The notes beneath the pieces are model-generated. The model saw only the letters and a list, made by a program, of their open reading frames with translations. It did no database searches and was not told where the DNA came from. Shown here piece by piece: positions 1 through 11,214 of a stretch of DNA of 64,000 nt; position 1 is the first letter of the stretch; each line of letters begins with the position of its first letter. Both the position numbers and the translations under genes were made by a program. The stretch spans positions 208,371 to 272,370 of the forward strand of contig CAVTNR010000014.1 in the NCBI GenBank assembly GCA_963736115.1, in the 5' to 3' direction. The stretch comes from an uncultured bacterium (lineage in GTDB: Bacteria; Zhuqueibacterota; QNDG01; DTFT01).

Positions 1-297
1 GGATGCCCCGATCCTGTGTCGGATTCGGATGAGACGGACGTGTACCGGGGACGCGCCAGGCGCGTGTTCTTTCTCGGCATCCCGTGTTCAGGGGGGGACT
101 ACAACGCCGGAAGGGTCCGGTGCAGAAAAAAGAGCCTGACGATGGCGGCCCGGGCGCTGACGCGTCTGGCCCGGGCGCATCTTCGTGAAGTGCAGGCCGG
201 AAATCCGGCCCTGCGGAAGTTGCCCGGAGCGCCTGAGGGCGGAACCGGCCGGAGTCGCCGGACCATACGGACAGGCGCCCGCGGCCGTAAACGGTAA
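1..297 (+). CDS. 3' end of a hypothetical protein entering from outside the window
   Basis: Frame 1 is open from base 1 to TAA at 295-297; no recognisable family. Confidence 0.35.
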   Translation, partial: GCPDPVSDSDETDVYRGRARRVFFLGIPCSGGDYNAGRVRCRKKSLTMAARALTRLARAHLREVQAGNPALRKLPGAPEGGTGRSRRTIRTGARGRKR

Positions 298-459
298 TGG
301 ATATGGAACCGCGACCGGACGGCCGCGTCATGGCCGGAGGGACCGCCGGCCTTCCCGTTTTTCCCGTTGTATTTTTGATTTGATTTTCTTATCATTTCCG
401 GACAGTCCTGTCCGGCCGCGGCGAGCGGTATTATCGGGAAACCCCCGTTTCGGATAAAT

Positions 460-1818
460 ATGTTCTGGCCAGAGAAGAAAACACCGAAAAAAAAGCGAAA
501 AAAGGGGATCTCCCACTGGATCGTGCTGGGCGCATCCATCTGCACCATTTTCAGCTCCGTTCTCGTCTTCCTGCAGTACATCTATCCGGTCATGAAACAC
601 CGCGACGTCAGCAGTCCGCAATGGGTTTCCGGCGGCGGCCCCGCGTTTCCGGACGAAACGCTGATCCTGATTGCGGATTTCGAGGGCCTCGGGACACTGC
701 GTTTCGATGTACAGGACCGGATTGTGGAAACCCTCCGAAAGGAATTCCGTTCCTACCCGGGTATCCGCATCGAGACCTGCCCGTTGAAACTGCCGGACGA
801 AGAAACGGGTCCTGCCTACGACCTGGGCTGGCAGGCGGATGCCTGGATGCTGTTCTGGGGCCGTTACGACGATGCGGGCATTTTTCCAGTGTTCGCCATG
901 CCCCAGACGCTCGGCCGCTATCCGCCGGAAGCGTCGGATTCCCTGGCCATCCTGCAGATGCGGATCGCGGGAGAGATCGGCCTGACGGACCCGTCCGGCT
1001 CCGCTTTTCTTTTCAGGGATTTCCCGATGCAGGGCGCCGGGGTTCAGGAGACAGTGCGTGACCTGCTGCCCAGGCAGGCCGTTTTTCTCGTGTCCCTGGT
1101 GGCGGGGCTCCGGTATTTTCATGAAGGAGACACCCTGAACGCGCGGCGCGCGCTGGATCGGTGCATTTCCGGGTCCGGAAACGCGTCGATCCAGCTCGGG
1201 CTGTCCGCCGCGCATGCGGCACGGGGCCGGCTCCGGATCAGCCAGGGGCGGATTCAGGCGGCGGATGAGGATCTGACGTCGGCGCTTGCATCGGACGAGC
1301 GGAACACGACAGCGCGGCTGTACCGGGCATATGCCCGTTTTCAAAGGGGTGACTATGCGGCCGCTTCGGAGGACGGAATCCGGTCGATCGCTGAAATGAC
1401 GAAAACCGACTCGATCCTCCTGCCCGGTCCGGCGGACCGCGCATTTCTGCTGAGAATCACGGGACTTTCCGAGATCCGATCCGGCAGACCGGCAGCCGGC
1501 ATCCCCCGGCTCGAAGAAGGTCTGGCCCGCCGTGATTCATCCGACGGACGTCTGGTATCCGAAGGGTATTCCGACCTGGCGGCTCATTACACCGGGCTTC
1601 AGCGTTTTGCCCAGGCGGAACAGGCGTGCCGGGCCGCCATGGCAATCGATTCCAATGCGGCCTGGATTCATTACCGACTTGCCCTGCTGACCGCCGGGGC
1701 GCGGCAGGATACGCTTTCCGCCTGCCGGTTCCTGAATAAGGCGCTCACACTGCCGACCGACAGCGTTTTCCGGTCCACCATCCGGGAGCGGATGACGGAA
1801 TTCCGCTGTCCCCGATGA
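460..1818 (+). CDS. Membrane-anchored tetratricopeptide repeat protein
   Basis: Basic N-terminus, then one TM helix (WIVLGASICTIFSSVLVFLQYIY); C-terminal TPR-like helices (YRAYARFQRGDYAAA, AWIHYRLALL). Confidence 0.7.
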   Translation: MFWPEKKTPKKKRKKGISHWIVLGASICTIFSSVLVFLQYIYPVMKHRDVSSPQWVSGGGPAFPDETLILIADFEGLGTLRFDVQDRIVETLRKEFRSYPGIRIETCPLKLPDEETGPAYDLGWQADAWMLFWGRYDDAGIFPVFAMPQTLGRYPPEASDSLAILQMRIAGEIGLTDPSGSAFLFRDFPMQGAGVQETVRDLLPRQAVFLVSLVAGLRYFHEGDTLNARRALDRCISGSGNASIQLGLSAAHAARGRLRISQGRIQAADEDLTSALASDERNTTARLYRAYARFQRGDYAAASEDGIRSIAEMTKTDSILLPGPADRAFLLRITGLSEIRSGRPAAGIPRLEEGLARRDSSDGRLVSEGYSDLAAHYTGLQRFAQAEQACRAAMAIDSNAAWIHYRLALLTAGARQDTLSACRFLNKALTLPTDSVFRSTIRERMTEFRCPR

Positions 1819-1837
1819 ACCGGGGGAGAGACGGTTC

Positions 1838-2263
1838 ATGGAAGGAAATCCGCATATGCCCGACCATGCGTTCCTAGTTTTGCTCGGTGTGACCGCCGGG
1901 CTTTTCTTTCTTCTGGATGCGGCCTGGCTCGGACTGGCTGCCCGGACTTTTTACCGGAGACAGCTGGGGCATCTGATGGCAGAAGGATTCCGCTGGCCCG
2001 CGGCCGTTCTGTTTTATATTCTATTTCCCGCCGGTCTCCTCCGTTTTGTCATCCTGCCCATGGCCGGCGCGGGCTCAGCCGGTCAGGCCGCTCTCAACGG
2101 CGGCCTGTTCGGGCTGGTGGCTTATTCCACCTATGAACTCACCAATTTGGCCACGCTCCGGAAGTGGCCGGTTCTCGTCACGGTCGTGGATATTCTCTGG
2201 GGCATGACCCTGTCCTCCGCGGTTTCCATCGTCGGCTGGCGGATCAGCGGGGTCATCCGGTAA
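1838..2263 (+). CDS. DUF2177 family membrane protein
   Basis: LDAAWLG, GLVAYSTYELTNLATLRKWP and VDILWG motifs; start could be ATG 1856. Confidence 0.85.
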   Translation: MEGNPHMPDHAFLVLLGVTAGLFFLLDAAWLGLAARTFYRRQLGHLMAEGFRWPAAVLFYILFPAGLLRFVILPMAGAGSAGQAALNGGLFGLVAYSTYELTNLATLRKWPVLVTVVDILWGMTLSSAVSIVGWRISGVIR

Positions 2264-2400
2264 TATGATCCGGAGAAGGCGGGGGAGGAGTGACCGGGAA
2301 TCACGGATCGGAGAATGACGTTCATGAAGGCAGGGCGCCGGTGCGGGACAAACTGCCGTGCGTCAGGCCCGGCTGAAGGATCTCTGCGGCAGGAAGAATA

Positions 2401-2904
2401 TCAGGGATCCGATGGTCCCCCGTTTCGCTTCCCCCCGAAAAGCGCCATCCATTCCTGCATTTCCCGGTCCGACATGGGCCGGTCGGTCCGTGTGTTCGAA
2501 TCCGGAGGACCGGACTGACGTTCCATGGCCTGCGCGAACGTCTGCGAGTATTCGACCTTCACGCCGCAGAGACGCGCATAGTCGCCGATGTCCCGGTCGG
2601 ACGAAACAAGAATGAGTTCCTCCCCCTTTTTCCGCTCGGAAATCATCTTTTTGATTAGCGGATCGGCTTTCTCCGGTGGCCTGGAGAAGCGGACGCGGAC
2701 GGTTCTTTTTCGTGAAGGGGCCGGATCCGGCTCCCCGGATCCGTCGAACACCACGGAAACCTCCGCGCCTTTCGCGAGAGAAAAACCCGTGAGCCGCGCC
2801 AGCAGGGACTCTCGCGCGTTTTCCAGATCATATTCCATTTTCCGCCGCAGTTCCGGAAACTGGTGGAGAAGGTTGTAGCCGTCGACCAGGTAAACGCGTT
2901 TCAC
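2401..2904 (-). CDS. NYN/YacP-like PIN-fold ribonuclease
   Basis: YLVDGYNLLH, VVFDG and LVSSDR motifs; GTG start overlaps the dapF stop (GTGA). Confidence 0.8.
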   Translation of the reverse strand: MKRVYLVDGYNLLHQFPELRRKMEYDLENARESLLARLTGFSLAKGAEVSVVFDGSGEPDPAPSRKRTVRVRFSRPPEKADPLIKKMISERKKGEELILVSSDRDIGDYARLCGVKVEYSQTFAQAMERQSGPPDSNTRTDRPMSDREMQEWMALFGGKRNGGPSDP

Positions 2905-3737
2905 GGTAAGATGCTCCAGGAAGCCGGGCGCAGAACGCCTTCGAATACGGTGACCGCGGGTCCCGACAGCACGACGGTTTCCCATCGGGGATCGAAATCA
3001 ACGGTCAGAAGGCCGCCCCGGGTGCGCACGGAAACGGGCGGAGCGGCTTTTCCGACCGCGGACGCGATCAGGGCCGCCGCCGTGGAGCCTGTTCCGCAGG
3101 AAAGGGTTTCACCTTCGACGCCCCGCTCAAATGTGCGGACCCGGACTGCTCCGTCCGCGGTCCAGGCGGCGAAATTCACGTTGGTTCCCCCCGGGAAGGC
3201 CGGATGATGACGGTAGAAAGGCGCCTCGGCCTCGATGTCCAGGGCTTCAAGCGCGGCCTCGTCGTCCAGAAACAGGACGAGATGAGGAACGCCCGTGTTG
3301 ATGAATCCGGTTTCTCGGAAGCGGGGATCACATGCCACTGCGGGAGATCTCGTGAATGCACCGGGTTCGACCATGCGCAGGCGGACGGTTCCGGCCTGGA
3401 CTTCCATTTCATGGTTTCCGTCCGAAGCCTCAAGGATGAAGCGCCGCTCCTCCGTGAAGCCCTTTTCATAGGCGAATCGGGCCGCGCAACGGGCGCCGTT
3501 CGCGCAGAAGGCGGCCGCACCGCCGTCCGCGTTGAAATACCGCATCCGGACCGGAGCCGAGGCTCCCCGGTCCGCGAGAATGACGCCGTCCGCGCCGACC
3601 GAATGCCCCCTGCGGCAGACAGCGGAAAAGAATGCGGATTCATCACCCGTGAATCGACCGTCCCGGTTGTCAAAAACGACGAAATCGTTTCCCGTTCCGG
3701 ACATTTTCGTAAATGGAATGAGATCCGTCTCTTTCAT
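2901..3737 (-). CDS. dapF: Diaminopimelate epimerase
   Basis: FTKMSGTGNDF, FCANGARC, NTGVPH and ERGVEGETLSCGTG motifs. Confidence 0.95.
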   Translation of the reverse strand: MKETDLIPFTKMSGTGNDFVVFDNRDGRFTGDESAFFSAVCRRGHSVGADGVILADRGASAPVRMRYFNADGGAAAFCANGARCAARFAYEKGFTEERRFILEASDGNHEMEVQAGTVRLRMVEPGAFTRSPAVACDPRFRETGFINTGVPHLVLFLDDEAALEALDIEAEAPFYRHHPAFPGGTNVNFAAWTADGAVRVRTFERGVEGETLSCGTGSTAAALIASAVGKAAPPVSVRTRGGLLTVDFDPRWETVVLSGPAVTVFEGVLRPASWSILP

Positions 3738-4426
3738 GCCGCATCATCCTGCCGGCCGCGGTCGCGGCCGGACATGAACTTCCGCAGAACGTCCGGCGTT
3801 GCTTCCCGCTTCAGCGCTCCATAGAAACGGGTGAGCGGGAACCCCACCACATTGTAGTAGCAGCCTTCGATCCGGTCGACAAATAGCCCGCTCCGGTCCT
3901 GAATTCCATATGCGCCGGCCTTGTCCATGGGCGAGCCTGAGGTCACGTAATCATCGATCTCCCATTTCTCCAGGGACCGGAACGTCACGGCGGTGCGTTC
4001 GGTGTCCGAACAGCGCCTGCCGGACAGAGCCTGAATCAGCGTAAAACCCGTGAATACGTCGTGGGTTCTGCCGGAGAGCCGACCCAGCATTTCCGCCGCA
4101 TGGCCTGGGGAAGAGGGTTTCCCCAGTATCTCCCCATCCAGAACGACAACCGTGTCCGCTCCCACGATCCATCCATCCGGGGCAGCGCGCAACACCGTCT
4201 CCGCCTTTCCTGCGGACAGGGCGGAGACGAGCGTTCGGGGATCGCCGCGTTCCGGCATGTTTTCCTCGAGGCCCGGTTCCATAATGTCAAAGACGAAACC
4301 CATACGGCGGAGCAGTTCCGCGCGGCGCGGCGAACGGGAAGCCAGAATGAGCCGGGGCGCAGGCTCCGACGACCCGGGCCGGCCGTCTGCCGACGGAAAC
4401 GGAGCGGACGGAGATCGGGTGTTCAT
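3734..4426 (-). CDS. maf: Maf family nucleoside triphosphate pyrophosphatase
   Basis: LILASRSPRRAELL, GADTVV and DKAGAYGIQ motifs. Confidence 0.93.
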   Translation of the reverse strand: MNTRSPSAPFPSADGRPGSSEPAPRLILASRSPRRAELLRRMGFVFDIMEPGLEENMPERGDPRTLVSALSAGKAETVLRAAPDGWIVGADTVVVLDGEILGKPSSPGHAAEMLGRLSGRTHDVFTGFTLIQALSGRRCSDTERTAVTFRSLEKWEIDDYVTSGSPMDKAGAYGIQDRSGLFVDRIEGCYYNVVGFPLTRFYGALKREATPDVLRKFMSGRDRGRQDDAA

Positions 4427-4872
4427 GCGCCGTCCCGCGAATCCAGGATGACCGTGACCGGCCCGTCATTCACGAGTTCAACGTCCATGCGCGTGCGGAA
4501 TACGCCCGATGCGACGGAGAGACCGCTCTCACGAAGGCGGGCGATCAGCTTTTCGATCAGCGGTTCGGCCTCCTCCGGCCTGGCCGCGGCCGTAAAATCC
4601 GGCCTCCGTCCCCGGCTGCAGTCTCCCAGCAGAGTGAACTGGGATACCACGAGCGCCTCGCCGCCTGTTTCCATCGCGGATCTGTCAAAGCGGCCGGTCT
4701 CATTCTCGAAAATCCTCAGTTCGGAGCACTTTTTCCCCAGCCATTCGGCGTCCCGGTCCGTGTCGCCGCTCTCAACTCCGGCCAGAATCAGGAGGCCGTG
4801 TCCGATGGCCCCCGCGGGCCGGCCCTCCGAAAGAACCGAAGCGCGCCGGACGCGCTGAACGACGGCGCGCAT
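4423..4872 (-). CDS. dtd: D-aminoacyl-tRNA deacylase
   Basis: MRAVVQRV start, SQFTL and NDGPVT motifs; ATG overlaps the upstream TGA. Confidence 0.95.
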   Translation of the reverse strand: MRAVVQRVRRASVLSEGRPAGAIGHGLLILAGVESGDTDRDAEWLGKKCSELRIFENETGRFDRSAMETGGEALVVSQFTLLGDCSRGRRPDFTAAARPEEAEPLIEKLIARLRESGLSVASGVFRTRMDVELVNDGPVTVILDSRDGA

Positions 4873-5729
4873 CAGGGATTTCCGCCGAAGAAAACTGCGG
4901 CCAGACCGGCCAGCATATCCGCTTTCATCCAGACCGCAAGCCTGCCCAGATGGCCGGGCTCGGGCTTTCGCCACATGGAGACAATGAAAACGAATACCAC
5001 GGCATCCACACCGACGGCCACGATCCAGAGATAGGTTTTCGAGAACCAGCCGAGGCGGTAGGGAAGAACCGTGGCCGCGGCCAGGAGAAGAAGAACGACG
5101 GTGACGAGGACCAGGGAAGCCCGGATTCCGAACCGGATGGGAAATGTGTCCGCCCCCTGGGTCCGGTCGCCCTCCATGTCGTCCACATCCTTGAGTATTT
5201 CCCGGGCCAGGTTGTACAGGAACGAGAAGAGACCGACCACAGCCGCGTTCCGTATGCCGCCGACCGCGAGTCCGCCGTAAACCAGGGCGAGGCCGAGCAT
5301 GAAAGCCACTGTCAGGTTTCCCAGCAAAACCGTCTTTTTCAGGGAGCGGCTGTACAGGACAAGCAGGACCGCGGAAACCAGGGCGATTGAAAGGCAGACC
5401 GTATTGATGAACGCGGCCACCGCGATGCCGGCCAGAAATGCGAGGGTTGCGAAAATCCGAGCGTCCCTGCGGGTCAGGAGACCGGAAGGAAGTGGACGGT
5501 TCGGCTTGTTGATCCGGTCGATTTCAAGATCGTAATAGTCGTTGATCGCATTGGCGCCGGCGCCCAGGAATACGCCGGACATGGCCGCCAGCAGGAGGGG
5601 AATCCATTTCAGCTCGGCCCCGGAAACGAGGCCGCCGACAAGGATTGCTGGAAAAGCGATGGCGAGATTGTTCGGCCTCGCCAGAAGCCAGAAGCCCCGG
5701 ATCCGGTCCGGCCGGAAGGCGGCGTTCAT
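4872..5729 (-). CDS. UbiA-family prenyltransferase, digeranylgeranylglyceryl-phosphate synthase (DGGGPS)-like
   Basis: NDYYDLEIDRINKPNRPLPSG and REILKDVDDMEGD Asp-rich motifs; multiple TM helices. Confidence 0.85.
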   Translation of the reverse strand: MNAAFRPDRIRGFWLLARPNNLAIAFPAILVGGLVSGAELKWIPLLLAAMSGVFLGAGANAINDYYDLEIDRINKPNRPLPSGLLTRRDARIFATLAFLAGIAVAAFINTVCLSIALVSAVLLVLYSRSLKKTVLLGNLTVAFMLGLALVYGGLAVGGIRNAAVVGLFSFLYNLAREILKDVDDMEGDRTQGADTFPIRFGIRASLVLVTVVLLLLAAATVLPYRLGWFSKTYLWIVAVGVDAVVFVFIVSMWRKPEPGHLGRLAVWMKADMLAGLAAVFFGGNP

Positions 5730-6379
5730 TCGGACCGGAATCCCGCGGCCGTGTGTGAGCCGTCACAGAACGGATGGTTCTTTGAAGCGCCGCAGCGGCA
5801 GAGTACCGCGCGTTCGCCGCGGAAGCCGGAGCGGCCGTCGGAATCAGATATTTCCATCGGCCCGGAGAGGATTAAGGGGCCGTCCGGGGTCAGCCGGATG
5901 CGGAGAACGCCCTTCACTCCCGGATCGCCGATCATGTGTTCCCGGATGCGGCCGCGTTCCTCGAAATCCACGAGATCGTGACGGTTGTCGCAGAAGGGTT
6001 TAACCTTCGAAGCGCCGCACCGGCAGAGGCCGATGCGCGTGTCGCGGAACAAAGGCGTTCCGTTCGCGGCTTCGATCAGGAGATCGCCCCGGGCGTACAG
6101 GGGGCCGTTCTGCTCGACCACCAGCCGGTTTCGTTCCGGGACGGATTCTTCAGGCCCGCCGTCCAGTCTCTTGTAGTGGAGCGCGCCTGTGGGACACCGT
6201 TCGATCACTTCCGCGACTTCGTCGGGCGACGCCGCGTCCGGGGAAATCCAGGGCTGGCGTCGCGTGTCGAACACGTCCGGCAGCCCGATGAGGCATTCTG
6301 CGACGTGGGTACAGCGGTCAATGGTGAACCGGACAATGATTTGTCCGCCTCGATAGGGGATGATCCGTTCCCGGCGCAT
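5726..6379 (-). CDS. Divergent 4Fe-4S domain plus two CDGSH iron-sulfur domains
   Basis: CTHVAEC...CPTGAL, then LCRCGASKVKPFCDNRH and LCRCGASKNHPFCDGSH. Confidence 0.88.
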   Translation of the reverse strand: MRRERIIPYRGGQIIVRFTIDRCTHVAECLIGLPDVFDTRRQPWISPDAASPDEVAEVIERCPTGALHYKRLDGGPEESVPERNRLVVEQNGPLYARGDLLIEAANGTPLFRDTRIGLCRCGASKVKPFCDNRHDLVDFEERGRIREHMIGDPGVKGVLRIRLTPDGPLILSGPMEISDSDGRSGFRGERAVLCRCGASKNHPFCDGSHTAAGFRSE

Positions 6380-6517
6380 GCAGTGCTCCTAATGCTAAGT
6401 ATTTATAAATTAATACATTTTTTCCTTAAAATCAAGGATAGTAAGGGATCAAATAATGATTTCGAATCCGAAGTTTTTACACTATCTTACGGATAGCAGG
6501 CCACCTGCAGAAGGAGA

Positions 6518-8062
6518 ATGAACATGAACCGGACCATCTCTGACCGTTTTAATCCGGCGCTCAAGACCGTCCTATTTCTCATGAGAACCGTGATCGGCTG
6601 GCATTTCCTTGTGGAGGGAATTGCGAAGCTATATACACCGGGCTGGACTTCATCGGGATACCTGGAAATATCCAGATGGATTCTGAAGGACGGATTTCAC
6701 TTTATCACCGCGCATCCGGCCGTTCTGCATGTTGTGGACTGGATGAACATGCTGGGGCTGACGGCCATCGGTCTCGGCCTGATTCTCGGCGTCTTCGTCC
6801 GGACCGCGTCGGTCGCAGGCGCCGTCCTTCTGGCGCTCTATTACGTGGCGAATCCGCCCCTCCCGGGAATGGATTTCGGCGCTGTGACCGAGGGGAATTA
6901 CCTGGTGATCGACAAGAATGCGGTCGAATTCTTCGCGCTCTGTGTTCTGGTCTTTCTGCCGAAGGGCTTCCTGGCCGGGCTGGAGAACCTGGGGTCCTTT
7001 TCCCGAAAAGTGCGGAGGGATTCCGCGGAGAAGCCGTCCGAAAGCTGTTCCCCTCCGGTTCCGGAATCGCAAAGCCGCCGGGAATGGATCCGGAACTGTG
7101 CCGGGCTTCCTTTTCTCGGCGCCCTGGGATTCGCGGTTGCCGGGAAGAGAGCCTGGGAAAGCTACGAAGAGAGGAACCTCACCGACGCGACGACAAGCGC
7201 CACCATCCGGACGTTCAATTTTTCAGGTTTGAAAGAATTAAAAATGAAGGTCCCCTCCACGCGGATCGGGAATCTCGAAGTGAGCCGGCTGATCCTCGGC
7301 GGGAACTTGATCGGAGGTTGGGCGCATTCACGGGATCTTATCTACGTCTCCAGCCTCGTTAAGAAATACCACAGCCGCGACAAGGTGTTTGAAACCCTCC
7401 TCCTGGCTGAAAAGTGCGGCGTCAACACGCTTCTCACCAATCCCTCCCTCTGCCATGTGATCGAGGATTACTGGAGGCGGGATATCGGGAAGATCCAGTA
7501 CATCTCCGATCTCGGATATTCCGAGACAGTGTCCGGACTTGTCGAGTCCGTGAAGAAATCCGTCGATCGTGGAGCCAGGGCCTGTTATATACACGGCGGG
7601 ACGGCCGATTTCTTTCAGGCGAAGAAAAGGATCGCTGAATTGGGGCAGGTGGTTGAATTTATCCGCCGGACGGGTGTCCCTGCGGGCATCGGCGCCCATT
7701 CTCTCGATACCGTCCGGGATTGCGTGCGGGAAGGTGTCTTTCCCGATTTCTGGATGAAAACCCTGCATCACCACCGTTACTGGTCCGCCCGGATCCGCGA
7801 ACGAAACGACAGTGTTTTCTGTGAGACGCCTGAACGCGTGATCGAATTTATGCGGAAACGGCCGGAGCCGTGGATCGCCTTTAAAACTCTGGCCGCGGGG
7901 GCCATACCGCCCACGGATGGATTTGAATTCGCCTTCCGGAACGGGGCGGATCTGATCTGCGCCGGTATGTACGATTTTCAGATCGTCGAAGACGTGAATG
8001 CCGCGCAGGCCGCGTTCGCGGCCATACGCAGGGAGGGGAGGGAGAGGGAGTGGAGGGCTTGA
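6518..8062 (+). CDS. DoxX-family membrane domain fused to an aldo/keto-reductase-like soluble domain
   Basis: RTVIGWHFLVEGIAKL (DoxX); SRLILGGN and FKTLAAG (AKR-like); RBS AGGAG upstream. Confidence 0.75.
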   Translation: MNMNRTISDRFNPALKTVLFLMRTVIGWHFLVEGIAKLYTPGWTSSGYLEISRWILKDGFHFITAHPAVLHVVDWMNMLGLTAIGLGLILGVFVRTASVAGAVLLALYYVANPPLPGMDFGAVTEGNYLVIDKNAVEFFALCVLVFLPKGFLAGLENLGSFSRKVRRDSAEKPSESCSPPVPESQSRREWIRNCAGLPFLGALGFAVAGKRAWESYEERNLTDATTSATIRTFNFSGLKELKMKVPSTRIGNLEVSRLILGGNLIGGWAHSRDLIYVSSLVKKYHSRDKVFETLLLAEKCGVNTLLTNPSLCHVIEDYWRRDIGKIQYISDLGYSETVSGLVESVKKSVDRGARACYIHGGTADFFQAKKRIAELGQVVEFIRRTGVPAGIGAHSLDTVRDCVREGVFPDFWMKTLHHHRYWSARIRERNDSVFCETPERVIEFMRKRPEPWIAFKTLAAGAIPPTDGFEFAFRNGADLICAGMYDFQIVEDVNAAQAAFAAIRREGREREWRA

Positions 8063-8066
8063 AGCA

Positions 8067-8261
8067 GGTTCCGGGTTCCGAGTTCCGGATTGATGATCGA
8101 GGGGTGGTGTCATCCCCACATTCTTCAAGCGGGGATCCAGGGTGGGGTGGGAGATAACATATCCTTGCGAAAACGGGCATATTCAAACTTGCATCCTGGG
8201 ATCATGAACTGGAACTCGGAATCCGGAACACGTAACTCTTTTCTTCTTTGAACTTTGAACT
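8067..8261. repeat. Inverted heptamer tandem-repeat cassette (RGTTCCG)n ... (CGGAACN)n with an internal hairpin
   Basis: GGTTCCG GGTTCCG AGTTCCG at 8067-8087; TGGAACT CGGAATC CGGAACA CGTAACT at 8210-8237; TTGAACT x2 at 8248-8261; GTCATCCCC...GGGGATCCAG hairpin at 8109-8140. Confidence 0.6.
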
Positions 8262-8279
8262 CAAATACGCGGAGTCTTT

Positions 8280-9257
8280 ATGCGTCTTTTTTGGATCCTG
8301 TTCCTGACTTTCCTCTTCGCCGCAGGTGCGGCCCGATCCGTCGAACGGCAGAAAGTGATCCTCGACTGCGACCTGGGCGGGGATATCGACGATGCGTTCG
8401 CGGTCGGACTTCTTCTGGCGAGTCCCGAATTCGAGATACTTGGGCTGGTCATGGACCACGGCGACACGCCGGGACGCGGCAAGATCGCCTGCCGGCTTCT
8501 GCATGAAACAGGAATGGAATCAGTTCCGGTGATCCTCGGAAGGCCTACGCCCGTGATCGTCGGCGTGGACACCGTTCCGGCGGGGCCTTCGCACCAGTTT
8601 TCCTGGGCCGAGGGATTCAACCGGCTCCGGCCGCGAAAGGGCGACGCGGCGAATTTCATTCTGCGGGCGTTGAACCGATATCCCGGCGAGGTGACCATGT
8701 TCACGGTGGGTCCGGTCTGCAACATCGCGGACCTGCTCGACCGGGATCCGGGCGCGCTCAGAAAGGCTCGCCGGGTCATCTCGATGTTCGGTTCCTTCTT
8801 CGTCGGATATGACGGAGGCCCAACGCCGGACGCGGAATGGAACGTGCGCGCGGATGTGCGGTCCGCTCGCCGGCTTCTCGCGTCGGGCGCCGACCTCACT
8901 CTGGCCGGGCTGGATGTCACGGTCATGGTTCAGCTGGGGGAGGCGGACCGGCAGCAGATCTTTCTCCGAAGGTCTCCGCTGACGGACGCGTTTTCGGGCC
9001 TGTACAGCCTGTGGCGTTTCGAGACCTGGTCACGGCCGGATCCGACGCTTTTCGACGTGTCTGCGGTCGGCATGGCGCTCTGGCCGGAGCTCTTCACCAC
9101 GCGGGAGGCCCGTGTGGAAGTGACGGATACGGGACATACGGTGATCGACGAATCCGGTCCACCCAATTGCAGGATCGGCGTCACGGTGGATCACGAAGAA
9201 TTGAATCGACGGATGAAGTATCGGCTTCTGCACCAGAATATGGGGCGTCGACCGTAA
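8280..9257 (+). CDS. Inosine/uridine-preferring nucleoside hydrolase family protein with signal peptide
   Basis: DCDLGGDIDDA, GPVCNIA, AEWNVRAD and GLDVT motifs; hydrophobic N-terminus. Confidence 0.85.
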   Translation: MRLFWILFLTFLFAAGAARSVERQKVILDCDLGGDIDDAFAVGLLLASPEFEILGLVMDHGDTPGRGKIACRLLHETGMESVPVILGRPTPVIVGVDTVPAGPSHQFSWAEGFNRLRPRKGDAANFILRALNRYPGEVTMFTVGPVCNIADLLDRDPGALRKARRVISMFGSFFVGYDGGPTPDAEWNVRADVRSARRLLASGADLTLAGLDVTVMVQLGEADRQQIFLRRSPLTDAFSGLYSLWRFETWSRPDPTLFDVSAVGMALWPELFTTREARVEVTDTGHTVIDESGPPNCRIGVTVDHEELNRRMKYRLLHQNMGRRP

Positions 9258-9445
9258 GGGATAGGTTAAATCAGAATTTAGATATCATGCTAGGCTGTAA
9301 TTTTGCCTATTTTACAACATCGAACAAATCCATCGGTTTCTCCAGAGCTTTAAATTCCCGAACTCGAAATTCCAGGCCGGCACAGTCGATAAGCGCAGCC
9401 TGAAGGCTACGGCTGCCAACACATATAAACACGCATTCCGGAACC

Positions 9446-11130
<1,685 letters not shown>

Positions 11131-11214
11131 ATTCGAATTCGCTCCTTCGTCTGTGAACGGAATCGGGATGTGAGAGAACCGGCGTCCGGGTTCGAGGCCG
11201 GAGCGGGTCGGGCG

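Noticed and set aside
2401-2904. NYN nuclease as a toxin or defence gene
   Set aside because: Coupled to dapF in a housekeeping operon, with no antitoxin or defence neighbours
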